Below are positions 25,703-38,070 of a stretch of DNA of 64,000 nucleotides, piece by piece. The number at the start of each line of letters is the position of its first letter. Position 1 is the stretch's first letter. The position numbers and the translations under genes are program-made. Source of the stretch: Podarcis cretensis (taxonomy: Eukaryota); the NCBI GenBank assembly GCA_951804945.1, contig OX638150.1, forward strand, positions 86,800,001 to 86,864,000. The letters run 5' to 3'. The notes beneath the pieces are model-generated. The model did not search any database. It was not told where the DNA came from and saw only the letters and a program-made list of their open reading frames with translations.

Positions 25703-26799
25703 CATGATATAGAATTACATAAATTATGAACCAGCAATGGACCAGTAAATAATATTTTTTCTTTTCTTTTCTTTTGCAAGCATCCAATTTTCCAGTATCT
25801 GCTACCCTCTCAAGGATGAGCAGATCCTCAAAACAGAGCACGGAGTTAAAGAAATTGCTTTCCCAAGGCCAAAGCAAGAAAAGGCATCAGTGCCAGAAAC
25901 TGAACTCAGTTCCTTTTCATCTTGTGATGGCTTCATAACCACATGAGACCATTTCTTCAGTCCCCTTCTCCCTCCCCAAATCACATGCTAAGGGAGTGGG
26001 AGAGATGAGCTGCTGGCAAGACTCCCTCGCCCACTTCCCCATTTTTAAGGGAACTTGGGCCAGCGGAAGGCTCTGTGAAAACAACCTGCCTGGTGTGAGC
26101 CCATTTCTGAGCTGGGAGGGAAGGAGTGAGGGGGAGACAGATGGCTCCCTGAACAACCGCCAAGATTCTAGGGAAAGGTTCCTCAAGAAAACTGGCAGAT
26201 ACAAGTAGCTGCCCTGCCTGTGGGGATGATTTTTCTAATCCTGGAGAGATGTACAGAAATACGTTAGTCCGGTCCCGGAGTTAGTGCCTGCTTGTATTTG
26301 AAAGAAGCACCTTTTAAAAATTAAATAAAATCCTAAGTTAACAGGAGGATGCACCCCCACAGAGTCTTTACTTTTTTCCAACTTTTCCATGGAAGGTAGC
26401 TGTGCATGCCAAGGACACAAGTGCTTTTGTAATGCATTTTGAGCCCAAAGGGATTGATGCGTATGGCTGGCTTTTTAAGTGACACTTGTGACAGGTGTCC
26501 TGTAGGATCTGGTTGGTAGCGTATGTGAGGGTCTACAGGGCCAGGTGAGATTGCTTGTGGTTTCCACCGAGTCCTGATGGAGTTAATGGTGGGTCAACTC
26601 TATTCCTCTTGATTCAGAATTGGCTCAATATTTCTGAGCTTTCTTGGAGAGCATTTAAAAAGTTCTCTTCTGGTTCATAATGCTTGTACCTTTGTGCTGG
26701 TAGTGCTGTGCTCATGTGCATTTCCTGCTGGGAACTGCAGATCCTAACACCAATCGCAGAGAGCTGCTTGCAAATTCACCCTGCTACCACCACCTCCTG

Positions 26800-27027
26800 C
26801 AGTAGCAGAAGGTGTGGTGAGGCAGAAGTAGACCTCCCCTCTCAACACCAACATTGCTGTAGCTTACCTCAGTGGGGGTGGGGCAGGGGGTGGGGGTGAG
26901 GTCCACACTGCACAGATGCACCAGTGGAGTCAATCCAGCACTCCCAATCTTGCCGCTGCCTTGCCCCGCCCTGCAGCAATGCTGATGTCAAGAGAGTGGC
27001 TCTGCCTCATCACATCAGCTGCTGCTA
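26800..27027. mobile_element. Degenerate inverted-repeat element (old MITE)
   Basis: Left arm tgtggtgaggcaga...caccaacattgctgtag pairs with right arm ctgcagcaatgctgatg...tctgcctcatcaca. Confidence 0.5.
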
Positions 27028-27800
27028 GGAATGAGATAATATTTTAGATCTGAATTGGAGCTAGCAAATCAGGAAAAATATTTGCAAGGAGCAATCAAGA
27101 ACGAACTCAGTTAGGGGGAAGATTGCTCACCAAGGGAAAGACTGTGTGGTAGGTGGTCTGGGTGCATAGTTCACAACAATCCAAAAGAGTTTCCTTGAGA
27201 GTAAGGACTTGAACATTAAATCATGTTTGCACATGCCTCTGAAAAGCTGCTGGGTTTGTAGATCATATCGTTTCACAGCAATCAATGAGAATTTTTTTGA
27301 GAATCAGGTGGGGTGGAGCTACAGCAATAGCCACTTGACCCCAGCATTGCTGCCACTTACCAGAAAAGAGAGGCAGGGGCACCTGAGGTTTGAGCTGTGC
27401 AATTATGCACCAGTGGGAGCATCATATCACTGCTGCTTTGGTCCTCCCTGTCCTGATATGCAGTGACACTGCAGCCAGGAGGCTATTGTTGCAGCTCTGC
27501 CCTGTCAAGAGCTAACATTAAAGGACTTTTCCACATGGACCTACAAAGCAGTTTGGTCAGCCTGAGCTGGTGGAGCATAGTGGCTAAAAGACTGAGCCAT
27601 GAATCAGAAAACCTCAGCCAACATGCATGTCCTTTGGATGACATTCCCCGTTAAATGGAGCCTACCAAACAAGGCTAGCAGTGGCCGCATTAGAGACTTC
27701 TACAGTCGTAGTGCCGGGGGGGGGGGGGGACTTGTCTTGCATCCTGGGGGTAAGGCTGAATCCTATAGCTCCTCAGCTTTTATTACAGGAGTCTGTAGTA

Positions 27801-28056
27801 GAAGAGAAGAAGAAGAAGAGTTTGGATTTGATATCCCGCCTTTCACTCCCCTTCAGGAGTCTCAAAGTGGCTAACATTCTCCTTTCCCTTCCTCCCCCAC
27901 AACAAACACTCTGTGAGGTGAGTGGGGCTGAGAGACTTCAAATAAGTGTGACTGGCCCAAGGTCACCCAGCGGCTGCATGTGGAGGAGAGGAGACGCGAA
28001 CCCGGTTCCCTAGATTACGAGACTACCGCTCTTAACCATTACACCATTTTGGCTCT
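27801..28056 (-). mobile_element. Squam3 SINE (lacertid-type), full length with (TTC)n tail
   Basis: Reverse complement reads agagccaaaatggtgtaatggttaagagcggtag (A box), ggttcgcgtctcc (B box), a MIR-like core and ...atcaaatccaaactcttcttctt. Confidence 0.85.
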
Positions 28057-28076
28057 TAGTACTTAGTACAGTACCT

Positions 28077-28455
28077 GGGACGCAGGTGGCGCTGTGGGTT
28101 AAAGCCTCAGCGCCTAGGGCTTGCCGATCGAAAGGTCGGCGGTTCGAATCCCTGCGGCGGGGTGCGCTCCCGCTGCTCGGTCCCAGCGCCTGCCAACCTA
28201 GCAGTTCGAAAGCACCTCCGGGTGCAAGTAGATAAATAGGGACCGCTTACCAGCGGGAAGGTAAACGGCGTTTCCGTGTGCGGCTCTGGCTCTGGCTCTG
28301 GCTCTGGCCAGAGCAGCGATGTCACGCTGGCCACGTGACCCGGAAGTGTCTCCGGACAGCGCTGGCCCCTGGCCTCTTAAGTGAGATGGGCGCACAACCC
28401 CAGAGTCTGTCAAGACTGGCCCGTACGGGCAGGGGTACCTTTACCTTTACCTTTA
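28077..28455 (+). mobile_element. Sauria SINE (Squam1), full length and young
   Basis: gggacgcaggtggcgctgtggg head, B box ggttcgaatcc and (accttt)n tail. 15-bp TSD tacttagtacagtac at 28060-28074 and 28454-28468. Confidence 0.95.
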
Positions 28456-28588
28456 CTTAGTACAGTACTGTACTTAATTCTCCTTGTATCATATCTGCAA
28501 GAGTTATCCCCATTTTATAGATGAGATATATTTACCTGCCTAAGATGTGAATCGACCCAGATCTCCTATTTTTTCCTTATCCATCTAA

Positions 28589-28827
28589 GGACTTTTCACA
28601 CCTTCAGGATTGTGTCTGGTGTCCTCTTTTCTGACGTCAACAAATTATTCTGATGGTTGCAACATTACCGAACCAGGACTTGCTGCCTTTTGCAGAGAAC
28701 CTGTGCATGAACAGTCTCTATGCATGGAAGCTTTATTTGGGCCTTCAGAGGAATGCACAGAAGACAGGACAGTGGGCAAAATTCCAGTCTCCCCTTGTCT
28801 GTGATCACTGAACAAGTGAAAAGGGCT
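28589..28827. mobile_element. PIF/Harbinger-like MITE (old)
   Basis: Imperfect TIRs ggacttttcac/gtgaaaagggct flanked by taa and tta. Confidence 0.45.
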
Positions 28828-29196
28828 TTAGAAGTCTGGTTTGAAGGAGGCTTGAGGGCACTTCTTTCTCTCACTGTAAACACTCCTGTACATGAGCAAG
28901 ATTATGTAGAAGGTCACTTTATGTTTCTACTTGTATATTAGTAGTTAGATGAGTGTACGCATGCATGTGTATAGATGCACGCAGCAGAGGAAAGTTTTTT
29001 TTTAGCACTATATGTCTATAAAGCAGGATGAGATTATATGCATGGTCCGATTTACAGAAAGGCGTGTTTATATGTACAAAGGTATATGTGCATGTGTTTG
29101 ACAGAGACTGTGTACATGTTTCTATGTGTATGAAGGAAAATAAGTGGTTTGTGGAAGGGGATGCAAATGTTTATCACTTTAAATGTGCCAGAAATC

Positions 29197-29594
29197 GACC
29201 AGAAGGAGGAGGAACAACACGAAGAATGGAAGAAATTTAATGATTATTTAGTTAAATTTGTTAAGCTAAAATAACTGGAAATAGCGTCCAGATACTTAAA
29301 GGGCTTAGGATTGTATCTATGTTAACTGATAAAATAATATGTTTAATACAAGAAGGAGAAGATTTAAAGATGTTAATGTTTAATTTCAAGGGTATTAAAA
29401 TTGGGATTTGGAAAACCATAATATGGATATGCAATTAAATTCAACTAAGGGGAAACGAGGAAGTCGTTTTACAAAGTAAATAACTGTTATTTTCAATAAG
29501 GTTATGATTTATGTCTGTTATGTTTTGTTTGTTTTATGTTTTTGTTTGTCATTGATATTGTAAAAACTAATAAAATTTTTGCAAAAAAAAAAAA
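29197..29594 (+). mobile_element. L1 LINE 3' end with poly(A)
   Basis: EEWKKFNDYL at the ORF2 end, then aataaa and poly(A). 16-bp TSD aaatgtgccagaaatc at 29181-29196 and 29595-29610, preceded by ttt (L1 endonuclease-type site). Confidence 0.9.
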
Positions 29595-31521
29595 AAATGT
29601 GCCAGAAATCTATTCTAGTCTTTGACCAGCAGATGGCAGTCATGCCTCCAGAGAAAGCCTTCATTGCAATCAGGCCCCAGCAGTCCTTATCTTGTACTTT
29701 GCCACTCTCCATTTGTCCATTTCCCATCCCTTTGTCTGGCTTCCTCCCTCCGCATCACACCTGCTCTCCCTTTTGGAAACCCTGTCCTGTGGAAAGATGC
29801 CCGACTCCATTCTTATGCCTTAGAGCTGCAACCCCCAAGGCACTGATTTGATTGGGGTTTTTTTGCGTGCTATTGCAAAGGCAGCCTTGCTCAGTCAGGA
29901 TGAGCGTATCAGTTCTGGAAGCAGCCAAAAGAGGCCTCTTTCTAATTGCAAATCAACCTTGATTACTGCATCATTTCAATTCCGCAATGTATCTACAGCA
30001 GGTTATTAGATTTTTAGTATTGAATCCATTCGTAAAATGTAGTAATAATGATTGTTTGAAGTGGGATGGAGAGAAAAATTATATTAAGAAAGCAAATTGG
30101 AAAATTGAAATCAGTTGAAGGTATTCATAATACGATCTCCATCAACCCAACTCCAATTATTGCAAAAGCACGTTAACAACACCCTTGAACACAGGAGCCT
30201 TTCAGAGACCTCTGCCAACATATTTTCAGATACCCTTCTAAAAAAATCCAAAACCGTGAAGACTAGATTCTTGCACTTGAATAGACTGAAAGTCTGCGCT
30301 AGTTACCAGAGTACATCAAGTAAGAAGAATGGCTTTGACCACTAAAACAGTGCTGGATAGCTTCAGATGTTCATGAGGGTTTGTTATCTCTGTTTTAGAC
30401 CACTTTGGCTTTAATGCTAGCATTAATTATTCAGTCTTGAGAAGCAGGGTGAGGTGTCCAGCGCTGCAGGTGTTTTTACACGCCAGGAACTACCTTGCCT
30501 TCCCAAGAGTGTTCCGTTATGGACATTGCTAATTGATCACATCAAATATTAAAGTGACTAATACCCCCTTCCAAGATCCCAGCTATGACTCAACAAGACA
30601 CTGTCCCTGAGATGACTCAGCCTCAGTATTTACATAATGTCAAACAGATGTCATAAAAATGGATCTGGTGTTCTGTGAGATGTTTTCAGGATGCAGGCAT
30701 GCTCAAGGGAGCTGTTGTCCTAGTCAAGATGGTTTCCATCTCACTTTTGGATATGATGCTGAAAAAGAAAGGGGAGTTTGCTGGTGATCGCACTGATATT
30801 TGGGCAAGTTCAGGAAAAGGATTTACATTGCTTCCAAATCTACTTGCAGTTGCTTCCATGCCTTGACTCTCCTGCCTGTTAATGCTGTGTAAGCAATAGT
30901 CCCTCTTCCTGTTTTTAGTATCTATGTGTCTCTGTTCTTACCCCTCATGAGAATGGGCCTGATAGACCCTTTAAGACTGCTCCTTCTTGTGCCAGATAAT
31001 TGACCATAAATTCCGACTGACCACTGGTTTTTCTTCCTGTGCCCACTGGGCCAACATGTGCAATGGTACCTCATTGTATGAAACGATGAATCACGAAAGA
31101 TGCTCTAGGACAGAAATGAGGGAACTTTTTCCCTCCAGGTGTTGCTGAGCTACAACTCCCATTACCCCTGACCATTGGTCCTCATGTTGGTGGGAGTTAG
31201 AGTTCAACAGCATCTCGAGGGTCCCCGTCCCTACTTTAGAATCTACTGGTGTGCCATGTGGAGACATGTGACTTCTAAGGTACTGTTTAGAAAAGCCTGC
31301 TGTAGATTCCATCTGTTCTCTCACAGGGATACTTGCCTGTCTTTTTTCTTGTTTCATCATGACCCAGAGCCATCTTGGAGGTTCACAGAGCCTGCTGCTA
31401 TTTGCTAGCTGCTTGTCTCTGCTTTAAAAATATGGAACCAATAGGCAGCATTAGACCAATCGTAGCCTGTAGTAATAAGATCCCAGGGTAAGAAGAGCAC
31501 TAAGCAAGAAATGTGTCTTCA

Positions 31522-32050
31522 GGTCAGACCTCACCTGGAGTACTGTGTCCAGTTCTGGGCACCACAGTTCAAGAAGGACACTGACAAACTGGAACGTGTC
31601 CAGAGGAGGGCAACCAAAATGGTCAAAGGCCTGGAAACGATGCCTTATGAGGAACGGCTTAGGGAGCTGGGCATGTTTAGCCTGGAGAAGAGGAGGTTAA
31701 GGTGTGATATGATAGCCATGTTCAAATATATAAAAGGATGTCACATAGAGGAGGGAGAAAGGTTGTTTTCTGCTGCTCCAGAGAAGCGGACACGGAGCAA
31801 TGGTTCCAAACTACAAGAAAAAAGATTCCACCTAAACATTAGGAAGAACTTCCTGACAGTAAGAGCTGTTCGACAGTGGAATTTGCTGCCAAGGAGTGTG
31901 GTGGAGTCTCCTTCTTTGGAGGTCTTTAAGCAGAGGCTTGACAACCATATGTCAGGAGTGCTCTGATGGTGTTTCCTGCTTGGCAGGGGGTTGGACTCGA
32001 TGGCCCTTGTGGTCTCTTCCAACTCTATGATTCTATGATTCTATGATTCT
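31522..32050 (+). mobile_element. CR1 LINE 3' fragment, young, with open ORF2 C-terminus
   Basis: [14 protein letters not shown]...[12 protein letters not shown]...[17 protein letters not shown]...FLTVRAV..WN.LP, then a (ttctatga)n tail. Confidence 0.95.
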
Positions 32051-32558
32051 AGGTTTCTTCTGCTTGCTTTGATTAAACATGGCTCTGCTTTTGTATTACT
32101 GATAAATAAAACCTATCTTTTAAAGCACAAATATCTTATCCTGTGGTTGTGCTGAAAATAGGGGGCCTACCTACAAAATTTTAGCCTCATTGCTATTATC
32201 ATCTTTCAAAATGAGGAAGGGGAATGATTGAGCTCAGAGAAACCCCTATGCTATCATATAATCTGGGAGACATGAGACTCTTAATTCATTTCAAGATTAC
32301 TTCTGAATAAGGTTATTGACTGTCCAGGAGTGAAATGCACAGTAAATTGGTTGCAGACATTACCCGTGGGAGCTGTAGGTGCCCCTTGTAAAATATGGTG
32401 ATCATAGCAGGGTGCCCAAGTGCAATGGAAGAAAACCCTTTTGCATCTTTAATGGTCGTGTAGAAGAGGGTATTTTGCAGTGCCACTTGCATGAGAAGTT
32501 GAAGAAATTCCTTCTTGCATACATCTCCTAATGGCATAGAAACTCTTCTGCCTCTAGC

Positions 32559-32751
32559 CATATGGAAGCTGCCTTGCACTGAGTCAGCCCACAGGTCCAT
32601 CAAGCTCAGTATTGTCTTCACTGACTGGCAGCAGCTTTCTTGAATTTCAGGCAGGTGACATTCCCAGCCCTGCCTGGACATGCTGGGCATTGAGCCTGGG
32701 ACCTTCTGCATGCGGGGCAGGTGCTCTGCCGCTGAGCTACGGAGCTTCCCC
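32559..32751 (-). mobile_element. Squam2-like tRNA SINE
   Basis: Reverse complement gggaagctccgtagctcagcggcagagcacctg...cccaggctcaatgccc, with a CR1-like tail. Confidence 0.75.
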
Positions 32752-33579
32752 GACCTGGTTAAGAGCACAACCTGGTATTGGAGCCCATTTCATAATCACA
32801 ACTGCACTGCTGGTGTTAAAAAGAGAGAGAGAGAGAGGAGGCTGGCTTGTGCTTTCAGAGCAGCCTGCCTTTTGTGATGGATGCCAAGTGTGATTTGTTC
32901 ATAGCTAGGATGGAGGCTGAATAACATTCTTTGTTGCTGCCGCTGCTAGAAGTGAGTCGTATTCTGTTGCGGATTGGGCTTTGTGGAGCCCACCTCAGAA
33001 CCTCGGCTGATCTGAAAGGGTCATTCCCAAGGCAGAAGGATAACAATTGGATTCGGATCAGAGTGGAGCCAACAATCCTGAAGCAAGAACCTGGCATGGC
33101 TTTGCAGGGTCCCCCTTGAGCCTTTGGGCATCTTGAAGCATTCCTTCCTTCTCTCTCCCTCTCTCCCTTCCCATTGTAACCTGCCCATTGTGCTGGGCAT
33201 TCAGAACAGGTTTTACTGCTAAAGCTGCCAAGCCCTTGGATGTGGTATTCTCTCTCTCTCTCTCAACCCCCCCCCCTCCCATCACTCCATGCAGAATGCT
33301 GAATAAATCAAGATGGTTTGGACTGAGCTGAAGTGAAATATTCCTTGTTTCCTTGCCCAGATTTGCTGTTTCCTTCCAGCTCTGAGGCACTGGCCCATAT
33401 TGCACATTTGAATTTAAAAGCAGACATGCACTTGGGCTTTTTTCTTTTTTAAAAAAAAAAAGAACTAATGAAATGGGATTGGAGTGGAGAGAGAGAGACA
33501 AAGAGAGTGAGAGACTTTTTTTAAAAAAAAGAAAAAAGAAGAAGACTTCTAGCTCCTGTGTTGTAACCACTTTCCACGT

Positions 33580-33873
33580 ACTCTCTCATTAATAGGGAAT
33601 GTAAACCTTTTGCAAACTTTGCCAAGCAGAGCAAGGAGCTTTTGATTGGCGCCTGCTCCTGGGGAGCATAAGTGATTCAGCCAGGTGGGTGAAGAGTGGT
33701 GAAGGCAAGACGAGCGAGTGGGTTGCGAGAAGCAGAGGAGGGGAAGAAGGGCTCCCCAGTGAGGCCATCCCGCTGCTTGTTTATGCTTTTACCAGCCGAA
33801 GGAAACAAGTGTGGTTTAGGAGTCTGGCTGGAGCACTGCGTTTGCTGACCAATTGGGCGAGGGCGAGGTGAGT
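33580..33873 (+). promoter_or_regulatory. Candidate alternative promoter and non-coding first exon
   Basis: TE-free and CpG-retaining. Inverted CCAAT box near 33646 and a strong donor GAG|GTGAGT at 33867/33868. No clear upstream acceptor. Confidence 0.35.
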
Positions 33874-34407
33874 CATTTTCTTCCAGCCAACTGTGCTTGT
33901 TTGCCATTATAAGCACTTTACATCAGCAATCAGTGCTAAGTGTGCTTATTTTATTTTCTTGTCTAATGGCTGGAGTTAGATCTTCTTCCTGGTCTGTGTC
34001 AGCACTAAGGCTTGGGAGTCTTGGGACTGTTCCATGTGAGCTTCAAAATATGTTTGACCTGTTTGCTCTACAAAACCAAGCAGCTGTTCCGCTCTCACCC
34101 TACAGCCACCTAATGATGTTTGTAGCATTAAGGCAGGATCTGTAGGGAAAGATTATTGCTCTGCTGCAGGAACCACGAGTGTGTGGCTCCCCATACTATT
34201 GCTGCACAGCGGCTGATGGGAGCAGTTGTCCAAACACATCTGGAGACTCACAGGTTCTCTACCTCTGCTCCACTGCGTTTGATGTTAGCCACATAGGATC
34301 ATTGCATGATATGCCTGCTTGTTTAGACAGGTATGAAATTTGAAAAGCAAACTGGAGGGGAATGGGCAAGTGGACACGTCCTTTGATCACCTGTACCTAT
34401 TTGGGCT

Positions 34408-34845
34408 TTCCCAGTAGTGATGTATGGAAGTGAGAGCTGGACCATAAAGAAGGCTGATCGCCGAAGAATTGATGCTTTTGAATTATGGTGCTGGAGGAGA
34501 CTCTTGAGAGTCCCATGGACTGCAAGAAGATCAAACCTCTCCATTCTGAAGGAAATCAGCCCTGAGTGCTCACTGGAAGGACAGATTGTGAAGCTGAGGC
34601 TCCAGTACTTTGGCCACCTCATGAGAAGAGAAGACTCCCTGGAGAAGACCCTGATGTTGGGAAAGATGGAGGGCACAAGGAGAAGGGGGCGACAGAGGAT
34701 GAGATGGTTGGATAGTGTTTTCGAGGTTACCAGCATGAGTCTGACCAAGCTGCGGGGGGCAGTGGAGGACAGGAGTGCCTGGCGTTCTCTGGTCCATGGG
34801 GTCACGAAGAGTCGGACACGACTAAATGACTAAACAACAACAACA
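34408..34845 (+). mobile_element. BovB (RTE) LINE 3' end
   Basis: Open MYGSESWTIKKADRRRIDAFELWCWRRLLRVPWTARRSN... through to the stop, then a (caa)n tail. 13-bp TSD acctatttgggct at 34395-34407 and 34846-34858. Confidence 0.97.
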
Positions 34846-35110
34846 ACCTATTTGGGCTGACTCCATCATTTCACAACTTATGAAAAAAATAATAACTTCT
34901 CGTATGCAGAGTTACTCGGGAACTCTAAGAAGCCCAAAATTCAGAACAGTTTTGAAATCAGTGATTATAATCAGTGCAGTTTTTAAAAAGGTTCAGTCTG
35001 CCATCTTGATTTAAAACAATGTTTGGCTGTATCCAGTCAGTGGAAGAGAGAGGGGAAAGTCCTGTTGTGCTTGCAGGAGTTCTTGTGCTGTCTTCTGTCT
35101 TGTGTTAGCT

Positions 35111-35246
35111 CAGGGTTTCCCAAACTTAGGTCTCCAGCTATTTTTGGACTATAACTCACATCATCCCTAGCTAGCAGGACCAGTGGTCAGGGATGATGGG
35201 AATTGTAGTCCAAAAGCATCTGGAGACCCCAGTTTGGGAAACCCCG
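35111..35246. mobile_element. hAT (URR1/Charlie-like) palindromic MITE
   Basis: TIRs cagggtttcccaaact/agtttgggaaaccccg. 8-bp TSD tgttagct/ggttagct. Same family as 7210-7345. Confidence 0.85.
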
Positions 35247-35966
35247 GGTTAGCTGAATCTGCCCTGCTCCTTTGTTTTCAGTCTGTGCATGTCCCATAAC
35301 TTCCTGCTGAAATCCTGCAGCTTTCCATACAAAGAATACAGTCATTTATCCCCTTTTTATCCCACTTTTGATGAACTATATCTCAAGAATGGCCCTGCAG
35401 ACAGCAATAATGAAATAACTATGGGGAAGCACTGCAGAAAAACGAATGCAGTAGATTGATATGTGGACGGTCCATTATAAATCCACTCCTAAAGCACTAT
35501 TGTTGTATCAATGACATGCTGCAGAATACATGCATGGCAGGGGAACCCACCAGTCTGGAGAGCCCTACATCACAGAACTTTCAGTCTACTGCTTTCTTGC
35601 TTTTTGTTTTCTTCCTTTCTTCTATTTCCACTCATCTCTGGTCTCTCTCCTCAGCCTCTTCATCCTACTGGCTTCACAACTCCAATTCTGCCATGAAGCT
35701 CATTAGGTCGTCAGGGCCATTAGGAGGCCTCCATCGCTCAGCCTCAGTGGGTTGCTCCTGAGGAATAACCTCAGGTTGACAGGCATGGAGTTCTTGTAGC
35801 AAGGGCAGGATACAAATAGGATAAATACATACATATTATGTGGATATGTGCATTTCTACTTCATTTATCCTTTCATTTATCTCACTCGTCCTCTTCCGTT
35901 GCATTCTTCCTTTTCCATTTGTTCTCTTTCTCCATTTCTTTTCTTTCTTCCCATAAACACATGTGT

Positions 35967-35967
<1 letters not shown>

Positions 35968-36008
<41 letters not shown>
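35968..36008. repeat. (CT)n microsatellite
   Basis: Directly visible. Confidence 0.95.
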
Positions 36009-36010
<2 letters not shown>

Positions 36011-37223
36011 ACACCCACACATGCACACACCCACCCAGGTACTTTATTCCGAGAAATGTCAGCATCCATCTGCCAGGCTGAAAAATCATTGGGGACTTGT
36101 AAACAATTCTCCCCTGACATTTGGAATTTCCCTGCCTGCCCCTGAGACCCTTGAGAGCACTCTTGGCTGCTAAAGCTCAATGGCTTTCTCTTTAAAATGA
36201 TTGCTTTAAATGGCATAACATGCCTGAACTCCCGAAAGCCCCACAGGAAAAAAAAGAGAAAAGAAAAGCTACGCTGTTTGAAGCCCTCCCCTTCCCAAAG
36301 CAAGCACCACACAGAAGCCTGGCCTTCTCGAGGCCTTGCAGAAATATTCACCTGCTAAATGAATAATAAAATAATTACCACCTAGCGCAATGTCGTGATT
36401 AAGAGGTCTGTTCAGGAAGCAGGCCTGTAGAAATAAATCCGCGCTGCAGCAATTTGCAGCGAGAAACAATGCACAAAGCATGATGGAGAGGGAGTTCCAA
36501 GGAAAAGGCTTAAATAAGAAACATGGTGCCTGCTTCTCTACGGTGTATGAATGATGCTGCCCCTTAGTAGCTGCCAATTCAGGGCCTGAACAAATAACCT
36601 CTGAGTGTACAATGGAAGATGCTTGAAAAGCATGTGTGTGAAAACTCCCCTAAGCCCAGGGAGGGGGAAGCTGTGACCACTTGCACCCCAATGCTGCTGA
36701 GCTACAAGCCCATCACCCCTGGCTATGCTGGGTAGAGCTGGTGGGAGTTGGAACCAAACTACCTTTGGAGGGCCACAGCTTCCCCATTCCCTGTTCTAGG
36801 CACAGGTTGTGATTAGATGGGTCCACATAAGGATTTGACTTTCTTCAAAATATGGCACCTCCGAATGAAAGTCGAAAGCCATGGCAGCAAGTTGCAAAGC
36901 AGGTTCACCATGAACCTGCTAAGGGGGACACTACTTGTCCTGAAGGATTTCTCACAGCTTCCACAAGGTCCACACACAATGAGAGGTGGCCATTTTGCCC
37001 GTGGTTTGGGACGAGAGGGAACATCACTGACAGAAATCAATGAGGCCTGTGCTTTTCACTGGGAGTCAGAAGAACATGGCCGTAATCCTTTGATCTTCTG
37101 GCTCCGTTCAGTTGCAGAAATGGCGCTTCAGAGAGTTGTTATAGCCAAGCGTCAAGTCCCAGATGCTCTAAACAGTGGGCAAGTACTGTGATAGAAGAGC
37201 AGGAATAATGGCTGTGCAGATTT

Positions 37224-37224
<1 letters not shown>

Positions 37225-37265
<41 letters not shown>
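37225..37265. repeat. (TAA)n microsatellite
   Basis: Directly visible. Another lies at about 40214-40256. Confidence 0.95.
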
Positions 37266-37266
<1 letters not shown>

Positions 37267-37992
37267 ACCCTATGTTCAAAGGCCTCTGGACTGAAGCTGT
37301 TAAAAATAAACTTTAGAAACCCACCTCTTTCTCCACTACCACCCAGCAGTCAAAGGCATTGTGAATCACACACCCTTTTCTGGCAATCAACACACTGGGA
37401 ATAGTTGTTAGGGGAAGTAAAGAATTCTGAAAATGTAAAGCATGACATATATTTGGAGGTTAGGATTTGTCTCAGTTGCTGGGTGGAGGTCAGTTGTTCC
37501 CTCCCAGCTCAGACCTACCCAGTGATCCTCCTCCTTGTTAACAACAGGAAAATTAATTCTGCACCAGGATTTAATTCTATCCAGAGCTTAGTGCTGAGCA
37601 TTGGAAGAACTGGAGTTGTAATGGGCTCCAAGTGCTTATGGGAGTTTCAAAATCAGAGGATGTACCTTCCAGGAAAGTTTGAGCTCCAGGAACTACCTGC
37701 TGGGCACTCTCCCTGCTCCCTATCCAAACTCTCCTAATGGCAAGTGACTTAGGAAGGAGGCCAGGAGGCTGGAGCCAAGATGTACTTCAGGTTGTGCTCC
37801 TGGTTTCATTCAGAAATGCTTAGGGCTTGATCTCATGGGACTTGGGGAATGAGAAGATCTAGCCATGTGCTTAGCAGACAGGGCTGCTACGGAAAAATAC
37901 AGGAACATAGGGAGCTGCCTTAAACCACATCCATTGTATGTACTGGTAGTGCCTGTGCAGGATCTCTTGCTGCCTAATTATTTTCATCCTAT

Positions 37993-38028
37993 CATACCAT
38001 CCAACATTCCTCTGATGAAAATAGGAAT

Positions 38029-38070
<42 letters not shown>

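Noticed and set aside
25780-25950. Protein-like frame (ICYPLKDEQILKTEHGVKEIAFPRPKQEK...) after a pyrimidine tract
   Set aside because: No recognisable homology, no convincing donor site, and the frame ends in a stop.
31511-31966. 151-aa ORF as a host gene
   Set aside because: It is the CR1 ORF2 C-terminus of a truncated insertion. The start codon comes from flanking sequence.
32859-32951. 93-nt exon candidate (tttcag...GAA|GTGAGT) as a coding exon
   Set aside because: It has stops in all three frames and a short pyrimidine tract. At most it is a weak non-coding exon candidate.
34417-34833. 138-aa ORF and its antisense ORFs as genes
   Set aside because: These are the BovB C-terminus and shadow frames, repeated at three loci.
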